Shown one piece after another: positions 49,684 through 60,073 of a DNA stretch of 64,000 bases. Position 1 is the first letter of the stretch; each line of letters begins with the position of its first letter. The notes beneath the pieces were generated by a model that saw nothing but the letters and a program-made list of their open reading frames with translations, was not told where the DNA came from and ran no database searches. Location of the stretch: contig OU015568.1 of assembly GCA_907165135.1 (NCBI GenBank), positions 14,767,208-14,831,207 of the forward strand, in the 5' to 3' direction. The DNA is from Oikopleura dioica. Taxonomy: Eukaryota > Animalia > Chordata. Made by a program: the position numbers and the translations under genes.

Positions 49684-50078
49684 TGTAGTGTTTCTCATTA
49701 GTCATCCGCCACTTGTGTTCACCGCGCCGCGCCGCGCGCAGTTCACGACCCGCGAAGCGCATTTCACCACGCGCAAACGCTCCGCCGCAAACCGCGAAAG
49801 CACAGCTCACCACGGACTAGGATCAACTCACGACTCACGAAAAAGTCACTCACCACGATCTAACAGCTCACCACGGTTTATGAAAACCATATATAAACGA
49901 TCATATTTCTCACTGACAAACAGCTCACACAACACACTCAAAACTACTTGCTCAGAGACATCACAATAAAACTTGCTCTTTTTAACACAACGTTCGTCGC
50001 TCACTATTTGTATTCCCGCTCGCGAATACGATAAACGCAATTAGTTATCCAACTTATGTACTGTGAGAAACACGTACA
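49684..50078 (+). repeat. 3' LTR (395 bp)
   Basis: Direct repeat of 45770-46163. Confidence 0.95.
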
Positions 50079-50689
50079 TTGTGACTCTTATTTTGGGATC
50101 CTAATTACAAAAGTCTGAAAACAAATACAAATAGATAAAATTCTACCTGCGCAAGAACTGGTAACTCATCAAATTGTCCAAATTCTAGGGCGAATGTTAT
50201 GCATCAGAGGCGCATAACAAATTCCGGACGTTTGAATCTGAATCGATCATTGTCCTTTCTGACGTGCATTTCGCATCAGCACCACGTGTCGATTTTCGAC
50301 AAGATTAATTGCGCTCTTTTTTTTCGTGTTGTTATCTTAGCCCGGCTTTTTTGAGTTCAGGAGCTTCTTCTTTTACGCGCTGATTTTCGAAGAGTTTTTT
50401 TTTGAAAAATCTGAATTTTGGCAAAAAAATCGCCAAAAAATCAACTAATCAAAAAGTCGAAAAAATCAAATTTATCCGGGACATTCGAACAAGCCGGCGA
50501 CAAGGTCAGGTTTGTCCGTAATTGACCGAAGCTCCCCCAATTTCGAAAAACACGTCTTGATTCGTTCCACAAGTCTTGGACAGCAAGGAAATCATAGAAA
50601 GAGCGCCGTGGCTAAATTGCTTCCTCCGGAGGATATAAATAACGAAAGCGACTCGAGACTTATGTTCTTTCGTTATTATGACCTTCGGA

Positions 50690-50942
50690 TTGAGCCGGCT
50701 CGCTGGATCCAAAAAATATGACGACTTACATTGACCTCTAAAAATATCTTTAATAAAAAGCCGCGTAGCGGCTTTTTTAACAACGAAGCCGCTCTGCGGC
50801 TTCGCAAATATTTGATAATAGATCGAAAATTTCGATTCGAAATTGTTGAGTTGCGAAGCGGCTTCGTTTTGAAAAAAGCCGCAACGCGGCTTCAATAAAA
50901 GATCTTTCAGACCCTGACTCAAGTTTCCCATACAGGTTGCCA
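50690..50942. repeat. Degenerate CCTGAGTCAGG-family copy with AAGCCGC/GCGGCTT hairpins
   Basis: Hairpins at ~50757, 50786, 50853 and 50875; right end GATCTTTCAGACCCTGACTCAAGTTTCCCATACAGGTTGCC. Confidence 0.65.
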
Positions 50943-53900
50943 ATTCTGAATTTAAAATCTAAATCTAATTAGAAGTTTATTATGATTATTTCTGTAAGAA
51001 TTGGGTAACACTTTGTCGAGACATTGATTATCCCTTGATTGCGCTGATCCAGACATATTTTGCTGACGAGGCTGTTTTGCCAGTCTCGAGGACTTAGCAT
51101 CTTTAGTAACTGCTTGGATATTTGTTCTGTCAGTGAGCTTACAGCTCTAATGATCTACAGTTGATTATCCAGACGAGACAGAAGGTTTAGAGGAGGTCAA
51201 AAATAAGGGCGAGAGAGGGTAAATGTCTGTTGCAATCAGATTTTTTAAAGAAAATTCGCGCTTTGAATTTTCATGGTTGGCGAAATTTCGCGAAGGGATT
51301 GACCGCGAAATTCACCATCCGGTTCACTTTCTTCGTCATTAATGAAACCACGGCGTGTTCATCTTAAGAATCTGATTCCGTCACAGCGGTCGCTCCTCGC
51401 TCTTTTTCCAGCGACTTGGATATTTAAAATTTGGCAACTTTGAGATCCTTGTTGGGAAGAAAAAGTGGACTGGCGCCGCGGGGAGCCTCTGTAATGATAT
51501 GATTTCTGGATTTGGGATTTCACGTTGGCCAGGAATCGAGCTCAAAACAGCACTGTTTTTGATTTAAGACTTCTACGGAATGTGCTGATTTTAAGACCAT
51601 CCTGAATAATGTGGTTTCGAAATCGTTTGAGAGCATTTTCGAGCTTGAAATATTTCGTGATGAATTTTTGCTAACAAATATCGAGAAAAGGAACCATTTT
51701 CAAGCAGGCTTTACTACCTTATTTTTCATATTGACGACCTTATTTTTTGCCGTCAAAAGTAACCCAGCTTGTTTCGCGAGTATTAACAGGCCTACCAAGT
51801 TATTAGATTTATATTCTAAAATTGATATAATTAATAAAACAGGATTGATAACAGCTCGATTTCTTTCTAATCTGATTATCATCAAAGAAAGCCATTTCCA
51901 TTGCAAAACGCCAGTTTTTGGAAATCTGATAATTAAACTTCAATAATTCAACATCGGCGTCTGAAAAGTGAAACCACTTGCGTCATGTTTAAAAGTTGTG
52001 TTGACAACAAGCAGAGAGCGCGCGCAATGTTCACATTTTGGACTAACCTTTCTAACCCAGCGCCGGGCAACGTTACGATTTGTGTTTATGTTCGATACGC
52101 TTGATGAAAACAAACGCTAAAATTATTGTCACGAACGCGTTTTTTTCAGTGTACTCTAAAACAGAGCCAAGTGACTTTTCGCGAAAATAAGAAATAGAAA
52201 AGCGAGGAATTTATGTTTTCTTGTAATTAGACGTTCCTCGCTTCAATTAGTAGCTCAAGAAAATCGGAGAAAGAAAAAATGAGGAGATTAGAAATCAATG
52301 GTGAAACAAATGGTTATGAAACCTGGCCCGGCCGCGAAACCGCAAATTAATAATGTTTATTTTTGGTCGATCACAAGTGCCAAGTCCAACTCTGACAGAA
52401 GTTGTTCTAACTGAAGTTCCAAGCTAAACCAGCGAAAATTGACTCAACCCAACTAAGAAGAATTTTAAAAACGCTTTCAAACTATCGCTAAGTTTCGCCA
52501 GACTTGGATAAGACTTACTCGAGACCTTGATAACCTCTCGCTAGAATCGCTGACGTTTCCTTTTCACGGACTTAGCTCTACCTTGGTGTTGATAGACTGA
52601 TTAGCTACAGTACTACAGTAGCTGGAAAACAGATGGGGAAGAGGAATGATCTACGGATTGTCGAGGCAGGGAAGAGGAGGTCAGAAAGAGACTCGCTTCC
52701 AGAACTGCTAAGGATGTCTCTTGACATCATTTTCTAGCGCTGCGATAGGGTGAGCAGCTGTTGCGGCAGGTACAGACAGAGTCGAACCCCGACGAACTGG
52801 CTGGTGTGGACAGCTGAAGAGAGCCAGCCCGGCAATGATAGACAGGCTACACTTATCGGGAGCACCATGTGTTTATTGTCTCAGTTAGTAGACGCTAGAA
52901 GTTAGATGAGGTTGATTCTTTTTCGCAATTTGAACCAAGATGATGGGTTTTTCTTGCTGGGTCGTTGTTGTCTTCACTTTTGGGGTCTAATAAGTTCAAA
53001 AAGAGCCTTTTTAAAAAGCTTTTTCTTCAAAATATAGGTTTATTTTTGCTTAAATTGACTAAAAATCCTTATCTTTATTCGCGAATAAATGCGGTACTGA
53101 ATGACATAATCTCTCCAATTTCAATTACGATAAGCCGGATTAGAAGGACATGTATTGTTTCCTTAAATTTTTCTTGGGCCGCTACGAGTTGACTTCCTGC
53201 GGGAGCCGTGCGCCACATTTGTGCGGCCAGATCGGCGGTTAGATAGTTATTCCGACTTATTACGTGGTGCTGCGGTGGAGGGGTGCCCGAGCCTCTCGAC
53301 CTTTTCAGGGCGACTTGCGGCAGGTCCTTGTGCTCTGATAAGCTTCTTCAAGAGGTGGCTTTGCGCGAAAAAAATTCCGGGAAAATAAGTCGACTAAAAA
53401 AGGACTTGGAAATCCAAAATTGCGCAATAATCAGAAAATTCAAAAAAGAAGTCTATTTTCCCTTTTATTTAGTCGTATCAAAAAGTTTTTAAAATAAACT
53501 TTTCAAAAAACAACTAAAATTTAATCAAAATTGATTATTGTCCTGAAAACAGGCGTTCTATTAAATGAAAAATAAAAAAAATCAAGTTTTTAGTAAAAAC
53601 AAAAGTTGGTTACAATTGTTGAATAACTTTTCCATTCTTTGCATCTGCTCATTGCTCACTTGATTACATAAAAAGCAACAAGTTTAGAAAATAAAATCGA
53701 GGATTTAGAGGGGAGAAATCGATCCATGCAATTCTCTTTAGATATTTTGGGTCTTAACAAAGGTCCTTTTTTCTGAGTTTTCATGAAAAAAAAATAATGA
53801 AGGGGAATTACTCTTTTTATTAACAAAATGAGCTGTTATCGAGTCAAAAAAGACGTTTCATCAATAATTCTAGCGTTTTAATCGTATTTATGATCTAGAA

Positions 53901-55067
53901 CGCGTGTCCTTTCTCATGAGCTTATCTTCCTCCTTCTCTTCACTCTTCTTTCTAAATTTTCATTACATCCTTTAACAGATTATTTTAGAAACAGAAGATA
54001 CGCCGCCTGATTCACCGACCTGGTTCACCATTATCTCATTTTAATTTTTATCCGCTCAGGGTCAATTCACATCAAGCTCAAATTCGCTATAAGCTACAAA
54101 TCCGCTAGTTACTTCTAATTCTTGCAAAAACGCAATTTTTACATTTCTTGCAATTTCGTTTTTGATCTTGGTGCGTTTTTTGATCGGAGTTAATTGCGGC
54201 TCGAAAATTTACTGGCTTGTTTTTAGACGTTTTCAATCCCGTACAGTTGTAAAAAGTAAGTTGGGCAATTATTTTTTTATTTTTATCAAAATGAAAGCTC
54301 GTTTATGCTAATTGAAATTAAGGGTTGTCTTTTTTTAATTGTTCTTAATTATCTTGATGATTTTGATGAGCAGGAACCGACAAAAAATTCGACAAATTTT
54401 GCGTTGAAATTTTCAACCAATCAAAAGCCTGGATTCGGCTTACCGGCCAATCAACAGCCGAGTAGCCGCCCACGCAAAATTTTTCGAAAGTTTTTTGTTG
54501 ATTCGTGACACCCCCTTAGGGACCCGTCTTTTTAGCCAACCCTAACCCTAACTTTTTCAGTAGGTAAAATTTTAAGACATCAAAACCTCACTTTTATTTT
54601 TTTACAACTGAACTACTGGTACTTTCGAGTACTGCCAATAATCATAAAAGTAAGCCATTAAAATCCCCCTGAAAGGATGTAACTAATAAATCAGCCGATG
54701 AAGAATGTTGATCTCAATAAAATGATTTACCAGGCTTTAATTCTAAATTTACACCTTGTTTTTGCTTTTTAAGCTATTTCAATATAATAAAAAATCAGCG
54801 AGGAAAAAAGTTGATTCCGTAATTTCTTCATACTCGGCCGTAAAATGGGAATATGCCCGATAAATTAAGATTTTATGGCCGTTTGGGCGGATATAAAGGA
54901 GTTTTACTTATGTGTACTTGAAGTTGAACTCAGTCTTCAAGACGTTTGCTCATTTTTGTCGAGACGTGATGAGCCTCTAGTAATCCTATTATAAAACAGC
55001 ACTTTGTTTTTCAAAGCCTTTTGATGCTGAAAAATGAAGATACATCCGTAGTTTCTACCCTGACTTG

Positions 55068-55140
55068 AGCTCCGGCTACCTGTTGCTAAAACCTGAGTCA
55101 GGCCATTTGAGGACCCTGACTCAGGTTTTCCACATAGGCT
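55068..55140. mobile_element. Minimal CCTGAGTCAGG-family element
   Basis: CTACCTGTTGCTAAAACCTGAGTCAGG-CCATTTGAGGAC-CCTGACTCAGGTTTTCCACATAGG. Confidence 0.7.
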
Positions 55141-55961
55141 TTCCTAACCCTAACCTTTTGATGATTGGCCGAATGTAAAAATGGAGCCGTCTTATTGGCT
55201 AAAATTCTTGCCAAGAATAGAAGAGTTCAATTCTTATACTTGCCGTTGCAAAAAAAGTAAAATAGTCTTACTGCGCTGGCGACCTCACCAATTAGCATAG
55301 AATATTCTGGGTTTTGCGGGTTCTTCGCAAGTTAACCACAGTAAAAACCTGCGCCACATTTCTAAACGAACCTTGTTCGAATATTCATGCCTATCTGAAC
55401 ACGTACTCTAGCCACTGGTCCAAAAAAGGGGCAAGAAAAATTAATACCCAGCGAAATATTAACGACTGTACTTTAGTCTGACGAAAAGATGAGCTCTTGA
55501 CCAGCACTTGGCGATCCGACAAAAAGAAACGAAAAATCGACGACTTCAGTTCTTAAATCCTGAAAATTGAACCCCTTTTATAAATAATTTTTTTTTATAA
55601 AATAACTAAATTTAAAATTTACTAACGCTGTAAATAACCATTTTTCCTGCCCTAAATCTTGCAGCTTATCACCTGGCGAAGAAGATAATAAGGTAAGCTA
55701 GAATCTTCTGAAACTGTTACCCATGCCTGCTTAACCCGGGACTAACCTTTTACGCTCAGAATTGTCATTCAGAAAAAAAAATGATTCAATGATTTTACAT
55801 CTATGACCAAGGCTGCATATCTTTCTTTCTAGAAAATTCAACCCTTTTTTCGAAGTCAAGAGATTTTAAAATTTTGAAGAACAAATCGGTTAGTACTAAT
55901 TATATCTGTTATTTAATTTGATAAGGAGCACCCATCTTAACGGATAAACCCCCTTAAAATG

Positions 55962-56120
55962 GGGGAGGTGTCTGGAACCAACAAAAAAATTTCGACAAAT
56001 TTTGCGTGGAAATTTTCAACCAATCAGAAGCCTTGATTCGGCAAACCGGCCAATCAGCAGCCGAGTAGCCGCCTACGCAAAATTTGTCGAAATTTTTTTG
56101 TCGGTTCCAGACACCTCCCC
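55962..56120. mobile_element. 159-bp palindromic MITE with a ~9-bp near-TSD
   Basis: GGGGAGGTGTCTGGAACC..AAAAAAATTTCGACAAATTTTGCG ... CGCAAAATTTGTCGAAATTTTTTT..GGTTCCAGACACCTCCCC, flanked by (C/G)TTAAAATG. Confidence 0.8.
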
Positions 56121-57656
56121 GTTAAAATGTCCTCATTTTAACAGATTGATGATTCCTCAAAAGGATCGTCATTTTAACCATTAAAATGACGACCTTCTTG
56201 ATGTCTCATAAATCCGCTAAAATGAGGACATTCTGGAGGGGGTCTCCTTATTCATTTTCACAGAATGGAAAGTTAAAGTTTATCACTAAAACTCAATTAT
56301 GTAGTTAATGACTTCCAGACTCGACAACACCATTACTTCCATATTTGCCCCCAAAAAGCGCCAAAATAAAAGTCCCACCTAAAAGCCAAGTCTAGCGGAC
56401 TTCGTCAACACGGTGTCATTCTTTTGGTTGTTTACCTAGACACAGCAAAATAGTATGTATTTAAAATTGTCTTGATTGAAAATTGGCTGAATTCACGAGT
56501 TGTAGCTGAGCACGAAAACAAGAGACGATGCGATTTCCTTTTCTCAGTATTGTCGCCACCTTTCTTTTTGGCAGACGGGGTCAACCCGCGTGCTCGAGTT
56601 TGAGTTTGCCCCGCCCGAATTCACCTCTCGATTGTTGCTTTATTTGATTTACGAATTATTAGTAGAAGCAGCTGATCATCAGACTGAGTAGACTCACTAT
56701 GAGGTCAACTAATCCGTCATTTATGACCTCTTATGAGACTTTTTATAGAGCATAAAAATTAAGGGCTATAACAGCCACTAACTACAGGAACATTATGATT
56801 ATCTATGAAAACCTTAATTAAGATTTGACACCCTTAAGATTAGGCCTTCTTTGATGTTTACTCCCTTAAAATAAGGACCCCTTATTTTATCACAGTGATC
56901 CCCTTATTGTACCTAGCCAAAAATAAGCAACACTTATCCACAAATCGGTTTATCGAAGGCTACTCCCTTAATAATGAACCCTTATTGTACCACCTTGATC
57001 ATGAGTTCGAAACTGGACCCATCGAATAAAATTTGATGGGGTCATTTTATTGATGCCCGCATCACATTTTTATTTAATCTTCTGAGTTGGAAGACAAAGG
57101 TCAGCCGAGTTTGCTCAAGATTCAAAAGGCCTTGCCAATTCTTCTTTTTCGTAATTTATGAAATTCAAATTTTCATTAAAAATTCGATTTGGATTCGATT
57201 TTGCCACTTGATTCATTTTCTTCCTGAATTTTGGGGCGATTTTTTAATTAAAAGAATATTGGATTTTTTTCAATCATTTTTCGAAACGGGCTTTTTGGCG
57301 AAGATTTCGTAAAAAGAAAATAAAAGAAAATGCTAAGCTCTTCTAATGCACGGGTATTAGCTGAAAGTTTTACTAAAATAATAAATTATCAGCGCAAAAG
57401 GCGCTCTTTTTCATCTCGCTCGCGCTCATTTTTACGATAGTCTCTCTCTCTTCTTCTGAGCCCAGTGATTTAGAACATACAAAGCAAACCCACCCCTTGT
57501 CTCAGACTTGGAGTTATTTTTCTCGATCATTTTTAGATGAAGCTTATTTTGGAGAGAAAAATTTAAAAGAAAGAAAAAGGTAAAATAAAGAAATGATGTT
57601 TTTCTTTATCAAATAATAATTAAGGGTTTCACCTTTTTAACAGCTTAATTCTTTAA

Positions 57657-57794
57657 GGGTATCATCATGTTAATGAACTCATTATTCCTCAAAAGGAATA
57701 CCATTTTAACGGACTTTTGACCTTGAGGATTTCAAAATCCGTTAAAATGGCAACCGTTTTGAGAAAGAATAAATCCGTTAAGATGGGGATACCC
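57657..57794. mobile_element. 138-bp MITE with TTAA TSD and GG termini
   Basis: TTAA|GGGTATC ... GATACCC|TTAA, with internal CATTTTAACGG/CCGTTAAAATG repeats. Confidence 0.6.
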
Positions 57795-59257
57795 TTAAAG
57801 AATTCCCTATTTTTCTGTTAAAATAGGGACCATCGAATCCTACTAACTTGAACCGAGGTTAACAGATAAACTCAAGTCAGATAAAATTATATAACATTTA
57901 ATTTATCCCCTTCTGGCTTCATAATTCTCAGCGGGTGACGTATCGTTCTGCTGATAAGGGCGGCGCGGGTGCGGATAAGAACATGTCGAGCGGACCACAT
58001 CGCTCATCTGTCGCTCCGCGCGTACTGATTTCCGTCATAATGGTTATCATTATCTTGCCCAAGCAGTCGGGCTCTATTTCCAGTACTCAACCGCCCATTT
58101 AAAACTTTCAAAAAGAGCTGTCAGAAATGAAACAGCAAATCCAAACAGTCAATAATCTTAATCCTGGGAGCATTACTTTCTTTCGGCGACTTTTTGGAAA
58201 TTACGCAAAATACGGGTAATTATGTTTGGTTTCCCAAGCTCCGGAAAATAGACGAAAGAGGGTCTGGCTAATTCCGGACTACATCATATGTCGAAATCGA
58301 TCAAAACAGCCATTTTAGTCGAGTTTTAGTCAAATTTATGAAAACCAATCAAAAGCTCTAAAAATGACCTGCTCTGATTGGATAAACCGGTGCTTCTCAG
58401 AAAAGGTCAAAAAGGCTTTTGATTGGCCCAAAAAAATTTGACTAAAACTTGGCTAAAATGCTAAATTTTCGAAAGCGTTGTTCAAAAGGGTCAAATTTTA
58501 GTCATTTATTTCCGAAAAATCTTCCTCAAAAAGAAAGGAGTTTCAAAATGCCCACTTTGCATAAAAAATTTTACTACTGCCACAAAAAGAAAACCAACGA
58601 AAAAAACAATAAAACGCAAAACCCGCGGACTTTTTCTGGGCATTATTTATCGAGCAAAGTCTGAGTGCTGTAATTTACGCTTTGCAAATATTAGCGCAGC
58701 TTAGTCTTCCCGAAAAAAAAACGTTACGATTGAATTGAGTATTTTTCTGTGAGTAAGAAAGAAACTGAATCGAGGCGAGTTCTGTTGAGTGCGCGCGCGC
58801 CCCAGGGCAGGACTCGCTCGACTTCGGGCGCCCGAGAGTTAGCGCACGCTGGCATCACGTGAGGCGATAATTTTTATGCGCTAAATTCTTTTTGCGCTAT
58901 ACAGAAAAGCGAAAGAAATCCAAACGAAAATAAGAAAAAGAGATTGAGAGTTTCTAGCTTCTCTTTTTCGTCTCTTCTAGAGAAAATAGGCCCAAATTAA
59001 CAGAAAAAGGATATCAACTGTAAGTGAATAAATGGCGAACCGGAAATGAACCGCCAACAATTCGCTCTTTATTTTTATTAGAGAGGATACTGAGGAAATC
59101 TCTTTATAAATACCTTTTTTCAACAGCTTTGGATAGAGCAGTCGCTTTTGTCGAGAAAGAGATCCGAGGTCAAGAATAGTTTGATCAACCAAAGGTGTGG
59201 CCTTGAGCTGCTCTTACTATTGATAAAAGGAACAAGAGAGAGTAAATCGCGACATTG

Positions 59258-59394
59258 CTGAAAATGTCACGAATGTCACGAATGTACCGAATGTCACGAA
59301 TGTCACGAAAACATGTTTCTTTTTCGTGACAATTTCAGCAAAATCGTGACATTCGTGACTTTCGTGACATTCGTGACATTCGTGACATTTTCAG
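59258..59394. repeat. Mini-foldback built from a 9-bp minisatellite
   Basis: CTGAAAATGTCACG(AATGTCACG)n ... (CGTGACATT)nTTCAG, with ~5 units per arm. Confidence 0.9.
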
Positions 59395-59414
59395 TACTGA
59401 CCGTAAATCGGGCC

Positions 59415-59507
59415 TCAGCAAACTGTGTAGAAAGCCTGAGCCAGGGTCTGAAAGATCTGAAAAAAGGTCTTCAGACCCTGACTCAGGCTTTCTACACAGG
59501 TTGCCGA
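59415..59507. mobile_element. CCTGAGTCAGG-family element upstream of Tob
   Basis: GCAAACTGTGTAGAAAGCCTGAGCCAGGGTCTGAA ... TTCAGACCCTGACTCAGGCTTTCTACACAGGTTGC. Confidence 0.8.
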
Positions 59508-60073
59508 GCCAAAGAGTACACTCATCAAGAGCTTAATTAGTCCATTCAGCATCTTGGCATTGAGTATTTTATTAGTAGTAGCCAGGACTAATTATAGATT
59601 CTCATTCTTGTGGAAAAAGAAACTCGTAAAAACAGATTTTCTTGTGCTAATTTTAACACTTTCACAAAGAAAGTCAAATTGCGGAAATTTGAAATTTTAC
59701 GTCTTTTTTTCACACATTTTTGCAAAAAAAAAGAAAGTGAGTGAAATGATGATTTTTCGTATAAGAGCAAAATTTTTCGAGAATTTTCGTCACCTTTTTG
59801 CAGAAAAATTTTTGAGAAATGAAAATCATTCTTGACTCATTTGAGAGAAAGAAAATTACGAGTCCGGCACTTGATCATAACCTCATTTATAAATCGTCAA
59901 CCCGCGGCCCACTCAACCCTTTTTTCCCAAAAAACGGAGCACTTGAATATCATCTCAATCGTCTCTTTTTAGAAACACGCAACGACTTCGACTTTGAAAG
60001 ACACGAAGACAGCAACAAAACGACAACAGAAACAACGATCTTCGAAGGAAGAAAAAGAATGATCCAAGAAAGC

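Larger units (their letters stand above)
45770..50078 (+). mobile_element. 4309-bp LTR retroelement, apparently non-autonomous (no recognisable pol)
   Basis: LTRs 45770-46163 and 49684-50078 (TG..CA; one 1-bp indel between them by eye). 4-bp TSD TTGT at 45766-45769 and 50079-50082. PBS-like TGGTGAC at 46169; polypurine tract ..AAATGGAGGAGGAATTA before the 3' LTR. TATATAAA and AATAAA within the LTR. Confidence 0.95.

Noticed and set aside
52770-52830. tRNA/SINE suggested by the B-box-like GGTTCGACTC on the minus strand
   Set aside because: No cloverleaf, acceptor stem or properly spaced A-box.
59313-59540. ORF with VTFVTFVTF
   Set aside because: Translation of the 9-bp minisatellite plus a MITE.
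59819-60073. Long N-terminal extension of Tob
   Set aside because: An open frame upstream of the conserved start, but with no similarity to Tob proteins; likely 5' UTR or promoter (ATG 60059 remains possible).
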